Source: Atractiella rhizophila (taxonomy: Eukaryota). Taken from it: a DNA stretch of 64,000 bases. Positions 48,400-61,170 of this stretch are shown here, one piece after another; within the stretch, counting starts at the first letter, position 1, and each line of letters opens with the position of its first letter. A program made the translations under genes and the position numbers. Under the pieces are notes generated by a model that searched no databases, was not told the DNA's origin, and worked only from the letters and a program-made list of their open reading frames with translations. Location: NCBI GenBank assembly GCA_021432655.1, contig MU271184.1:124001-188000 (forward strand). The letters are read 5' to 3'.

Positions 48400-50719
48400 G
48401 TTGAGCTGTGCCAGAATTCCGATAATTTTTGGGATGAAGCAATTGGGAGACATCTTGGACTGAGTGCAAAGAGGTGTCAAGAAGAGGAAGATGAAGAGAA
48501 AGATGAAGAGAAAGATGCTGATGAGGTTCATTCTTCGGTAGATGAAGACAGCTCGGAGTCTGATGGAGAAGAAGGTCCAAGTGGCGATGATAGGAATCCT
48601 AGGGACAGTGAAAGGGTGGATGACATAAGAAATAGTGAGAAGGGATGTGAGAGCGAAGACGGGCCTTAAGTAGCTGATCGTATGTATTTGCTCCGACATG
48701 ATCGAACTCTGTGACTTTCTTGATAATTCCCGGACAGTGGATTCGAGGCTTGCACAAGATGTCTGGGAACATGATCGCTTCATTCAAGAGCAATTCAAGT
48801 TGTACGAACCAATGGGTTTTACACAAATTGTCTCTCCGGAAGAGGAGTATCATTACCGCCCTCTGGCAGAAGAGGAGATGATATCTGTAGAGCTTTACAT
48901 GACTTGTCATGGTCGAGCAGCAGGTGAAGTCTACAAGGACCTATAGCAACTGCACCTCAAGCGATTCCAAACTGAGGCACTTACACTTGAAGCTATTCAG
49001 AAGCTAGTTAGGGAACGAAGTCATATTATCCCAGAATCTTTCGACATGTGCTCCCAATCACACATGGCATATACTGTGCTCTGGAAGGATCGAACTGATT
49101 GTCCCAAATGTGGCGAGTCTCGATATTTCACCAAAACAAACCAGAGCCGCCGCTCTATTCAAGTTTCACGGAGGAAGTACTACGTTGTGCCTTTCGAAGT
49201 TCCACTTCAAGCCCATTGGTCAACTTCAGCAGGAGCCAAATTATCGAAGCATCCAGCTAAACAGACCGCTCTCTTGACCAAATCCTACCCTCCTGGAAGC
49301 ATGGTTGATGAACTCAATGACATATACTGTGGCCGTGATTATCTTCAAGCAGTACATGACCTCAAGATTCTTCCAACAGATTGTGTCTTAGCGCTTTCCC
49401 TCGACGGGGCACAAATCTACAACACGAAAGAAACCTTCAGACTCTATTTCCATCATTCTCGACTATAATTTACCACCAGAGGTCCGCTATAAGCAACAAT
49501 TTGTTATCCCACTGGCCATTATTCCCGGCCCACATTCACCGTGGAATCAAAACTCTTTTCTTCTCCCAATCTTCGATTGAATCAAATCTTTGCATGCAAC
49601 CGAATTTCCTTTGTTTGATGGCGACCGTGAACGCTGGTTTCGATCTCGACCCTTTGTCGCTCTTGGGCTTTTCAATACTCTCTGCCAAACTGCTGTTGCT
49701 GCCAAAGTTGGGCATAATGGGCGAATGGGCTGCCATATTAATGGATGTACATTGATAGGTGCACATCAACCTGGTGCTCTGACCTACTACTTTCCTCTCA
49801 CATGCCCCAAGGATTATTTTGAGCCATTATCCATGCGGCCGAACTACGACCCTTACAACCTTCCCATGGAGACTCCGGATCAATACCATGCCCATGTTGC
49901 AGCCATTCTACAAGCGAAAGCAAACGATCAACCAACTCTTCAGAAGCACCGTCAAAGAGAGTATGGTATTGTTGGAGAAAGTCTATTCTCCCAAATCGAA
50001 ACTCTGGGAGGTGGCCCACCTTTTTGCTTTGTTATTGATGGGATGCACCACCCTAATTTCAACTTCACAGAGTTGATGGTTGGATTGTGGAGAGGCATCA
50101 TACGTCCCCCTGACAAGAAGACTAAGAAGACAAGCAGTGATGGCCTAGGGAAGAGAAAGTGAGGGAAGACCAATGCTGAGGCTCAGGAAATGCCTGCTAC
50201 AGAGCGACTCCCTTGGGAAACACTTCTGGGAGCTTGCTGGCAACAGCATGGGGTCGAAATCCTGAACACTCGATGTTTTTTGTCCAGTTTCTGTGATAAA
50301 TTTTGTCACAACATTGACATCAAGTATTCTGGCTATCGAGCGAAAGAGTGGGAAACCTACTTCTATGGTTTAGGTCCTGGTCTCCTCCAAAGCCATCTTC
50401 CACCTACCTACTTTCAACATTACCTGAAGATCGTCTACTGCATACGGGCTTTGCATCAACGAAGCATCTCTCAAAATTTGCTCAACTCGACCGAGAAGCT
50501 GATAATCGAATTTGTCCTTGAATTCGAAGATATTTACTATCAGAACGACATTAAAAGGCTTCATTTTTGCCGACCTTCACTGCACAAGTTGCTCCATCTT
50601 TGTGAACAAACGCGACTGACGTGTATGGCCTTTTATTTACATTACTCGATGGACTTTGGAGCGTAGCATTGGGCTTCTCGGATCTCGAATACGCCAACAT
50701 TCGAGACCTTACGAGAATC
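48400..50719 (+). pseudogene. CACTA/En-Spm (Tnp2/Transposase_21-like) transposase
   Basis: FDMCSQSHMAY..CPKCGESRY, LALSLDGAQIY, GHNGRMGC, IDGMHH, SGYRAKEW, FEDIYYQ..LHFCRPSLHKLLHL, WTLERSIG..IRQHSRPYEN. Stops and frameshifts. Confidence 0.88.
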
Positions 50720-50800
50720 CCCAACGAAGAAGAAGTCAATGTCGAAGCCTAGAAGCTGTATCAAGCGGCCATTGGCTCACTCATGTACGCTGCGCTTAGG
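50720..50800 (+). mobile_element. Ty1/copia reverse-transcriptase C-terminal fragment
   Basis: KLYQAAIGSLMYAAL. Confidence 0.7.
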
Positions 50801-51390
50801 CGGAGGTGAAGGAACAGGTAGCAGCACCTTGCTGTGGAGACAGCACAATGCAAACTTTGGATTTCGTTGTGGGCTGTTAATGATCTTCTCTTCCCTCCAA
50901 TGAAAGGCTTTGCAATGTGTACAAAGTAATCCCCAAGTAGAGAGGTGGTGTGCCTCAAGATCCATATCAGGTGAGTAGTTGAATGCAGGATAGTGATGTT
51001 GCCTTATTTTGCCTCGCAACAACGGGATTAATGCCCTATCCTCATCACTGTCCACACCATCAGGATCAGGAGAGGATGGCTATGATCAGGTTTCTTCTTC
51101 GCTGTACTCCTCAGGGGAGGATGAACGCTGTCTCCAATGTCGTCGAGCTGGTCGTGATGATATAGATAGTGAAGAGCTTTGACGGCACCGCTGACACTGA
51201 CGCGGAGCCCTAGTTGATCTTGGCTCATGTTGAGATGGAGTAGGTGGAGTAGGATTAAAACGTGCAGGGCGTTGCCTCTCTCTTACAGGTCGACCTTGGT
51301 GTAGTGGTGCCTCCTGCTGCAGACATTGATGCCGTTTGGATCGACGCTCTCGATTTCTTGTGTGATTTCTCTGAATTCCACATGGCATGA
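50798..51390 (-). mobile_element. Helitron Rep/helicase N-terminal fragment
   Basis: CTHCKAFHWREEK..S..NPKFALCCLHSKVLLP..PP zinc-finger-like motif typical of Helitron proteins. Confidence 0.8.
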
Positions 51391-51782
51391 GAGTGTAGCT
51401 TGCTGCACATAACAAAATGATATGATTGAAGAATATATAAGCCAGAGTCCACACACCTATGCTTTTTTTGCTTGATTTGATTTGATGCTAACAGGGTCAG
51501 GGGTACTACGGTAGACTGTTAGGAAGCATATTTGTGGTGAAAGAAACTGTTTCACTTGCATGAATGCTTGCTCACTTTCCCTCATAGTTGGCAAACAACA
51601 GTTTTTGGCGCATGACATGAGAAGTCTAAGTCTCAGAAAGCTCTGAAGAGATTAGAAATTGCGGGCACGCAGTTTGCACACAATAGGATTTGGCAGTGAC
51701 AAAATGTGACATGAATTGAACCCACACCAACACCAATCAGTCAAGACTCAACTACCCAACCATACACCATCACCCAAACTCT

Positions 51783-52335
51783 TTACCTTGCCGCCTTATT
51801 TGAATAGGTAAGGAAATTTTTGTCAAAGTGCCGAAGTGCCGAAGTCGGTCACTTGACTCAGTCATGGAAACAAACTATTTTTTGTCCTTTAAATAAGCTT
51901 TATTGTATACGGTTGGAAAGGCGCTGACATGCGTATTCTGGTGGTATGCTCAGAATTTTGATGGGGTTGTTGTGGACCAAGAAGTCAATTGAGTCAGTAA
52001 GGAAAACAATTTTTTTTTCGTCTTTCAAATAGGCTTTGTTGTATGCGGTTCGAAAGGCGCCGACACGCATATTGTGGTGGTGTGCTCAGAGTTCTGATAA
52101 GGCTGTTGTTCGCAGTGATATAAGTGCTCAAAAGTATACGCGTGAGTCATGGTCAAAACCCGTCGTGCTTTTTATATAAGGATAGGCTTTGTTGTATACA
52201 GTTCGAAAGGCACCGATACATGTATTCTGATGGTATGCTCAGCGGTGATATGACTGCTCAAAAGTACACGTGTGAGTCATGCTAAAAACCCGTCATGCTT
52301 TATTTTCAGCAAGGTGCAGTAAGGTGGTGTAATTC
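51783..52335 (+). mobile_element. Internally repetitive non-autonomous element, possibly Helentron/HINE-like
   Basis: Three ~60-bp copies (51893, 52029, 52182) and two ~57-bp copies (52115, 52245). 5' hairpin TTACCTTGCC..GGTAAGGAAA. Short inverted sub-terminal match ACCTTGCCG / CAGCAAGGT. Confidence 0.4.
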
Positions 52336-52620
52336 ATTTCATTTCAATGTGCCAGGTGATGAGTTTTATGACTCAAGCCAAGAACTGATGAATCTTGGAG
52401 GATAGGATAGGAGAATAGAAGGATCTGTGACTCATGCGACATAGTTACCGTCATCGTCCCCGAAGAGCTAAATCATCTGGTAGGTGTCAAATCGGAACTA
52501 AACCGAAGCTGCAAAGGTCCGAAAAAGATCTGAAGGGGCGACGATTTGTCGAAACGTCCTAACGGCTAACCAACCGACTTTTCTTGGAAATGCCTTCATG
52601 CTTCCTTCTATCGGAAGGGC

Positions 52621-52629
52621 TATATATAA
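52621..52629 (+). promoter_or_regulatory. TATA box of cyclin gene
   Basis: TATATATAA ~70 bp upstream of ATG 52696. Confidence 0.6.
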
Positions 52630-52695
52630 GGGTAGAACGGACGCTCTCGTCTAATCGTTCTGCAGAGTAACAAACTCACTTGTCTATTTATCAGC

Positions 52696-53435
52696 ATGGT
52701 ATCGAAAGTCAAAGCTGGAAAACAAGTGCAAGACCCTCACTACGGGTGCCGAGGTAGGTAGTGGGAGCCAAAGAAGACTCAAGCTGACTTCAGTGCCTAG
52801 ATATCTCTATCCTCTGCGCAGAGACGGCATACAACCTGTTTCCGTTCACCACGCCAATTCAAGAAACTTCATCTTCCTTATCAACATGGGTGGTAAGCCT
52901 GTTCTACCCATCCCATAGGCTGACAAAGCTGATGTAATACCAGGCCTATATGCTGTATCGAACAGCTCTACCAAATCAAGTCGTCTTTCATGCCCTTCAC
53001 CTCCTCCATCGCATATCCAAATCCTTCCACACAGCACTAACAATATCATCAATGACGCACTTACACGAGCGCCTCCTCCTATCTTCTTTGGTCCTCGCCA
53101 CCGCATACAACGACGACTGTGCCTTCACGAACTCTTCCTGGAAGATTGCGGCACAGGACTACTTCACGGTAGCGGAGATAGATGAGATGGAGATGGAGTT
53201 CCTTCTTCGCCTTGGCTTTCGATTACGACAAGAAGGAGAGGATTTGAGGAGCATCATTCAAGAGGATGAAGCGAAGTGGCTCGAAGCCATGAGGTTGCAG
53301 GAACAGAAGCTGGAGCAGGTTGGAATAGGAAGATGGCCATTCTCGCGACGATTAATGTCGCAGCTCATTGAATCAAAAGCAGTAAACCAGCTGCAAACCC
53401 TACATTTTCATAATTCATCCTTTACGTGCTTGTAA
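52696..53435 (+). CDS. Pho80/PCL-family cyclin (3 exons, appears intact)
   Basis: Splicing 52754-52800 and ~52893-52943 (GT..AG) gives MVSK..DPHYGCRDISILCAE..WVAYMLYRTALP..FHALHLLHRI..RLLLSSLVLATAYNDD..FTNSSW..EIDEMEMEFL..LGFRL. Confidence 0.85.
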
Positions 53436-55547
53436 TTGGCTTGTGTCAGAATTCAAAACGCCGCACTTCTACTCCACACACAAGAAAATGTATGACAGTT
53501 CGACATTTCGATTTGATCGATATTTGCCTTCCTGTGGTGGGGACCAACTGAGACCATGCTCTGGCTGGTAGTCTGGCTGGTCGTCTGGCAAGCATGGGGG
53601 GGACACGAAAGTTCTGATATACGAGGAGGGAGGGGAAAATATTGAGAGAACGCAGTTAGGTGGGAGGAAGGGGTGCTTAGACGACCTGCGAGAGCTTCAT
53701 CCGTCTTATAGTAACTGATGAGATGCTTTCCGGATATTGATCGTCTTCTTGACCAGTCCATCCACCTTGAACCGATACGGCGACGTGAGAGAGCAGCGTT
53801 TTTAGATCGATCAAGTATGACTCCACTACACTACAACGGATTAGCCATTCTCCTCCCGCCAGAAGAATTCCCACAAAGGTGAATCTTCGCTTCCTGAATC
53901 GAAGACTGGAGACGACAGTCGTAGCAGCCAAAATTGAGAAAAATGCAAGAGAGAGCAGAACGGAATCTCTGAGACCACAAAGATGTGGCAAGGCTTGACT
54001 CTGGAAATAAAGGTGATCGACTTATACCAAGGCTAAACGTGTTTCTTCGAAGACCTATCGTTAAAAGAGCGTCGTAATATCTCCTCAGCATTGACTGTCC
54101 CACTGGAGAAGAGAAGAGCTACGTTCTATATCGCGTGAAATAAGCTTGGCGTCCTGGGAATTGTACTGAAAGGTCTGAAGCTACCAACGCCGCTTTTCGC
54201 AATACTCGATGCCATGTCATGTACCAGAGGTTGAAGCTGAGCTGGCCGATTCCAATATTCCCAATGAGAGCTCGCAACGCGTCGTCTTTCCTTCGGAAAT
54301 CAAGGAGCGGATGAGGATCCACATCTCCTCCCACCCTCAAGACGAGACCGACCAACCCGACCTCCTCCACTTCCCGTGCTCCCATCCGCCTACGCTCCAC
54401 ACATACCTTCTTGCTGTCCTCCACTCCCATTTGTCCCGATAACTAAATGTGTGATACTCGCTCCGTACAGTCCCATAGATCTCTAGCAGGGATTCAACAC
54501 CACACTGCCTTCCATGGAACAGGCAGCTGCCATAACTACTCCTGGGTATGCGTATGCGTTTCCCTGCACATCAGCGAGGGTGGGCAGTCGGAGGCAGAGT
54601 AGGGAGAGCATGAGAGTGTTGATTGCTGTTACGTTGGAGAGGAAGGTGTCCGCTGCAGAGGCTGAGGAATCAATGAGTCCCAGATGGGTGCCATTCGATA
54701 AGTACATCTTGGACCTTGGAGCTCTATGAAAACGGATTTGGTTGTTTGTCCGTTGGATGTCAGCGCGAAGTCAGTAGAGAGGGTTAGGAAATTCAAAATT
54801 TGACTTTTTTCAGAGCCTGTTTGGCAACTTCCAAGTTTGAATTTTGGCTGGGGTGAATTGGACGTGAATTGGACGTGAATTGGACCCTAATCAGGCAATT
54901 CACGGTACTGTTTGGCAGCCGAAAAATTGCAATTCACAAATCTGCGAATTGCAATTCACCCCAGCCAGGATTCGAAAAATCGAAATCGAGCCTTGGAGCT
55001 GTATTTCGATCCCAAATTTGTGATTGATAGAACCGTGCGCCTCCTCCTTTCGCCACTTGCGCACTTGCGCGTTTAGTTTCCTTCGAGCACTTTCTGGAAC
55101 TGTGGCCAATTTTTTGCCACAGGGATCTCTATGTTATAAAAAGCTTGTAAACCTGCAAGTGCGAGACTTATACTCATTGTTATCTCGCACTTCGCAGGTA
55201 ATGTAGTTTCCTTACATACTCAATGCATAAATACTCATTGTTATCTCGCACCTTCGCAGCGTTAATAAATTTGTCAGTGATTTCGTTGCCGCGAGAACAA
55301 CCGGACATGTTTTGGACTGCCCGATGATCAGCACTGTCTCCAACCAAACAGCTTCCCCTCTCCTTTTTGACAATCATCGCAAGTCTCACCGGTAGGATGC
55401 TGTCCTGTCATAGAGACCATGTCTCTCTTCAGTCTCCCTCCAAATCCCTATAAAGCAGCCTCCTCAACATCCGTTCCCAATTTGTGCAGCAAACCACACT
55501 CAGCACTCAGCACTCCTCCCTCCTACGACGTGCGACACGCGAGATCA

Positions 55548-56738
55548 ATGGCCAAACAGAGCGCTACTACGGCCGATTCGGGAACTCCAGCCAATAAGAA
55601 GGAACAGAAGACTGAAAAGGCCATCTGGTCGTCTATGGATGAACAGATTCTCGTCAACACTCTTCATGCCATCTGGACCTCTGGAGATCGCCCTCAAGGT
55701 GGATTCAAGGAGAAAGCATTCAATGATTGTACAACTAAGTTTTGGGGAAGCAGTCATGGAGGCATCAAGGATGCCAGCTCATGCCAAAGCAAGTTTAGCG
55801 GGATACGTCTCTCTTCGGGTTAAGGTGTTTGTAGCGTGTTGCAAAGTTCAAAATCTACAATCAATTGACATACAAGTCGGGCTGGGGCTGGAATTCTGAT
55901 TGCTATCATCCAGTTGTCCCTGATCATGTTTAGGAGGAGTACATTGAGGTGTGTGCTTTGCTTTCGCTTTTTCCACTAGTTCTAACAATTGTAACCGAAT
56001 AGAAGAATCCGAAGAACAAGAAGTTCCGTGATCCTTGGCCACTCTGGTCAAAGATGCTCGAAATGTGCCAGGATTCAGCAGCGACAGGGGCGGCAGCGAT
56101 TGATCCTGGAGCAGAAGACTCAGAGTTGATGGAGGGTCATTCTATGACGGTGGAGGAGAGGGACAGACAGCTGGCAGATGAGTGGGCTGCTGCTTCAGAT
56201 GAAGAAAAGGTGCGTCTATTCTTGGCCTTGCTCGTGTATTTGCTAAACTAACTGGTCATCAAGGAACAAACCGATGTTGCTACTCCTGCCATGAACAGCA
56301 ACAAGAAACGGCCTGCTGATCCCTACACCCTCTCTGCCGGACCTCCTAAGAGAATCAGAATGACTGGAGCGATGGGATTAGTGAGTATTGGCGAGTCCTT
56401 CGCGGATTTCAATGCCTTGCTCCGTCAAGGTTTGTCATTGCTGCTTTCTCTGTTCTGTTATTCAACGGGCGGCTGCAGGAGCATTCACCGATGGTTACAT
56501 TATTCCTGATCAGAAACCTCCCACTCCAGCTACTACCCCGCTCCAGGAAGCTTGCAATCTGTTCCGAATTCAAGATCAATTGTTTGTTGATTTCAGCATA
56601 GCGGGAGTCTTCGAGTTGTTCCGGGAACATCCTGCTATTGTTGAAGTTTACCTAGGACTTAAAGAAGAAGAAGCAGATGACGATAGGCAGGAATATATGT
56701 CTGATGTCTGTCGGAAATTTGGTGTCACTCCTGTCTAG
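55548..56738 (+). pseudogene. Harbinger Myb/SANT-like DNA-binding protein
   Basis: AIWSSMDEQILVNTL..GGFKEKAFN..KDASSCQSKF, then SGWGWN. Introns, probable disruption. Confidence 0.75.
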
Positions 56739-56843
56739 CAATAGCTGCTTGATCCTCAAAATGTTCTTTAACCTCTCTTGAAATGCACTGTCTTTCCTGC
56801 TTGAAATTGCCGCTGCTCCGAGTCTGTATCCTACAAAGTCCCT

Positions 56844-57148
56844 TCAAGTCCTCCCTCTCCCATTTCCTCTGCCTCTCCGCCCCGTTCTTTCTCTCCTTAG
56901 TACCGTGACCTCATACTGATCCCACATCGCCTGTGCAATTCTATCCCGCTCTGCTAATGCTCGCTGATACTCTGCACAGCTAACAGAACTTCTTCCTAGT
57001 AACCCAGCACTGCTGTTTCTGTTCCGATCCCACATGCAGCCTCTTGAATTTCTGCATCGAGGGTCTCGAGCTCGAATTCGTTGATTTCAAACGGCTCATA
57101 ATGTAGTATGAAGTTATGAATCAGACAAAGAGCGGGGATCAGAGCGGC
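56844..57148 (-). pseudogene. Harbinger transposase C-terminus
   Basis: ALIPALCLIHNFI...RDRIAQAMWDQY. Confidence 0.8.
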
Positions 57149-58130
57149 CCAGCCAAAGAGTTAGATGGACCACACATGCATAACCGTTTAGCCTTGTATC
57201 TGAGTTATAATCACAGGACCAAAATGAACATACTTAGCTCGTCCAGAATCCTTCTATCTTGACAGACCTTTGCAATTTTTTTGGTAAGGACCAAACCAGT
57301 TGCAGAGTGTGCAGGGCTAAGCACTGTAAAACTCTTTCGTGTTTGATCCAGTCATCATCGATGAAATGCCCAATTATCCCAACGATATGGTGCAGAGATC
57401 CATTGCTTGTCCAGCCATCAATCTCAATATGGATTGCAGCGGGATGTGCCTGACACAAGCATCGTATAAGAATCTGCACACAGACAAAGGAAAAGCAACA
57501 TACATCAATTTCTTCTTGCATGCTCTTTTTCAGTGTATCGTACAACCGTCCTAACCACTCCTCGGCTGCAGTTGACCTGTATATCGATAGTCCAGCCCTC
57601 GCCAATTGGAACACATCTCTCAGTTCTTTTGATCAAAGATCTTGAAGGGTGATCATGCCGCACCATCCACTGAACAAGCTTTCGAAAGATTTCCTCAGTT
57701 TGGGGTATGGTGACACTGACTGGGATCTGTTTGTGACCGCGTAAAACAGAAGGAGGTAGTGCGGGGAGCTCCACATCGGCCTTCTTTCGCTCCCGACATC
57801 TGTGAAGATGATTATTCATATTTAAGTATTGGTTCCCTCAAACTCTGCATACAGATCTGACAACAAATAAATGAATCAACATGACCCTCGCAAATGAATA
57901 TCACACACACCCACACAACTTGCAGTAATAGACACATGGATTGCTTCACGTTCCCTTTGGATAAATCGGAGACTGCCCATCATGCTGGCAAGTCCATCAG
58001 AAATGAATGTAAAGAAATCTTGATGAAACACATACCCTCCAAAATCGAGAAACTTTGACTTTGCCCTTCCCACGTGTGAAGTTCTTCTTGCTGCGTTTAG
58101 CCTCTCTTTCCTTGTTGATTTCATCGGAAG
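57149..58130 (-). pseudogene. hAT transposase N-terminal fragment
   Basis: BED-finger end MNNHLHRC, LVQWMVRHDHP, IHIEIDGWTS..IVGIIGHFIDDDW. Confidence 0.8.
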
Positions 58131-58999
58131 CTGGACCGTGAGCTTCTAGTTCAGCTTGTATTTCGAGTACAGATTTGCGGGACTATTTCCTCTGGTTCGT
58201 TTGCCTATGGATTTGGAAGTTGTACTCGACGTCATAGACACCACTTAGCTCTGTGTGATAAGCAAGTCATTGTCAGAGTTGAGATGGGACGGGACACACC
58301 TTTTTAAATCATTCGTGAAGAATGTCGTAGGAGAAGAATATGATACTTGTGCTGCCGGCAGATTCAGAAAATTCTGTGATAGACAGATTGACAATCAGCA
58401 TAGGAAGGTGGAAAACTCTTCTTCTTGTGTGAATGTGACAAAGCTCGCAGTTCTAAGCCGTAATACTGAGTCAGTGAAGTTCTATGGTACTTCTGAAACT
58501 GAGCTTGTTTTAGCGAAAGAAGTCTCTAAGACTGTATCGGCTAGTGGTCTTCTCAGTATCAGTGTGGGCTCAACAACTGTTTGTAACAGTTTTGTTAGTA
58601 CAGTTTCATCCGTACTGAACCGTATTGATGGGAGCGCTGATTTCGACGAGTATGGAGGCTTTTCACTTGATTCGTTAGTACTATGAGGAACTAGGTGAGT
58701 ACATTCTATATTCCGAAAATGAGCTGGATTGCTACTAATTTGACTGATTGTCATATATTGAATATGTCAAACTTGTCCTATTCTCCTCTTCTCTCATGGT
58801 TAATGCTTTCCTGAATGTTCGGAATTTTGTGACAGAGTATCTAGCAAGTGGCAACAAGCCAGACCTAAGATATACAACCTGTAATCAGACCTTTTAGAGC
58901 TTGGGACGCGAATAAAGTGATGTACATATCCTAGGCAGTTCTCATTTTGCTGCTTGTCATGTAGTAAACTCTCTATACATAATTTGCAATCTACCTTGT

Positions 59000-61170
59000 T
59001 TATCCAAGGCTATAAACATGTGATGTGTCGATAAATGAGAAATAAGCCCAGTTATCATGAAGGGGAGAACACCTTTGGTTGCCTAAGCATTCTGCCACTC
59101 CAGCTCTGAACAGGGCTTTCTGCTTTTCCATGCCCATCTCTACATCTTTAGCATTGTCCAGCAGTCCATCCAAACAATCCTCTGAGCTCTGATGGTCCAC
59201 TTCGAAGCCAGGATGCAGGATGAACATGCTCATCCAACATCACAAAATCCTGCTCCTCCCGCACTTCTTCTTCCTTCTCTTTTCCTCCCGATCCTTTAGC
59301 TCCCCTTATAAGGTATGAACTCACAGTTGGGTTTATTTCCATCCCTAACTCCTGCTCCAGTGCATCTGCCACCTCCAATTCAATCCCTATCTGTGTCCAC
59401 CTTTGTACCCATCTTGATCCGGACATTCTTCCTCGTACTTCGCTTGCTTCCACCCCTACCACTTCCAGACCAAGCAGCATCTTTAGCGCCACACTCCTTA
59501 GTGCCAGCTCTTCCCTGAGATACGGTACTGCCTTCTCTGCTGGCAAAATAATTATGCAGCATCTCCTCCACTTCCCTCGATATGGGGCCTCTACCTTCTC
59601 CCACTTCTCCAACCTCTCTTGCTCCTTTCTATCCCTTTTCACTGATGCTCTTCTTCTGCCCTCACTTCGGCTTCCTCCATCACATCCAGTTGAGCTGCTT
59701 TAATAGCTCCAACACATTTCTTTATAACCTTCTGGGTGTGGGTCGCCTTTGACTCAATGTATGACTTCTTCCATTGTTGGATTTCCTTCTTCTGTTGTAT
59801 GACAAGTGCCTGAAGGCGTTGATTAGATGCTTGTAGACCCTCGATGATCTTGCGTGCTCATCCTTTAGTGGTTTGGAGATCAGCGGTGGAAGGTCGGCTG
59901 TTAAGAAGGAGAAGGTCCGCAGTTCATCTTGAGGTATTCGGGGTGAGCTTATGGAAGGAATCAGTGAAGGTGGAAGAGAGTGTCATTGAGGGGGATGATC
60001 CAGGGTTGGCTGCTTCCTGTGCAAGTCGACGAAGAGGTTCCAGACCAGGATTTACACTGATGTCGACAGGCCAAATTCCAGAGACTTCAAATGCTTTCTT
60101 GATCCGATCTGGCATATAAGTATTCTTCCTGGCTTCCCTAAAATAATATGAAAATCGTTTCTTCTTTATGTCCCTCCTCTCCCTTAGCTTGTTGTCCAAT
60201 TTCTGAGATAAGACAGCTGCAGAAAGCTAAAAATTGTAACATCTAGTGGGGAGGTGAGATGGCTAGTATGAGGGATAAGGACGAAGGGAAGGATATAATG
60301 AGCGAGTGCGAATTGGAAGAAGGAGAAGGTGAGGTGAGAGCCACTCAAAGAAGGCTAGCCACTCGCGGCCTAGTTCGTCGTCAGTCCAACCTCTCTGAAT
60401 TGGCATAATGTGCCGTCTTGATTCTTCCCTCCATCCAGCTCTTCATGAAGTTTTTTCCAGCGAAAATAATCATGGGATTAGCCGCTTTACCACTAGACAA
60501 TGATTGATACATTCGATGACTGTCCCACTCACGATTCCCATCTACAGTATTCTCCCCTTAAGCCATCAAACAAACAGAAGCGGAAAACTCACCCATTACA
60601 AATTGAGGATTCTTCACTTGATCCTTCCTTCTCATCACCACATGCTCCTTCGGAGAGACTCCAAGCATAAACCCCTTCTCATCAACACAATTCACTTGAT
60701 CAGCATCCACAATCCCATATTCTTCACAAGCCTTCCCTTGCTCCTCCCACCACATCTCTAACACTTGATAAGAGATGTTGATACATTTCCTTCCCAATCC
60801 ATCAGGCTACTCGATTGGCGAATTCCGGATAGCGCTCCATGAACCCCTCGTACCAGCCCTGACTGCTAAGACCATCCACTGATTTTTCTAGGAGGTCTCT
60901 ATGTAAAGCTCTTTTGCAAAGTTGATGATGACTGTTCTGTGACAGGGTAAAAGATCCGTTCGCGGAAGTTGATATCTCGACAATGGTGTCCTCTTGAGCT
61001 GGTGTCAACTTTTGCTGTGACTGCATGTCTTCATCCTTCGTTCAATGGCCCTGTAGTCGATTCACAAGGCTTTGGTGAAGAACGCTAAATGTTCTTACTA
61101 TGGCGGTAACATCGATTGGAAACTGCTTTCCCTTGTTCTTGGCCTGTCTCTTGATGTCAGCAGGGGTGTC
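59000..61170 (-). pseudogene. pogo/Fot1-like (Tc1-mariner) DDE transposase
   Basis: HTH: RTFSVLHQSLVNRLQG..QQKLTPAQE. GWYEGFMERYPE, NCVDEKGFMLG, PHTSHLTSPLDVTIF, IKKAFEVSGIWP. Many disruptions. Confidence 0.85.

Larger units (their letters stand above)
54813..57148. mobile_element. Truncated PIF/Harbinger transposon
   Basis: Starts GAGCCTGTTTGGC (Harbinger/Tourist-like TIR) after TCA. Myb/SANT gene (+) converges on a transposase 3' end (-). Confidence 0.75.
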
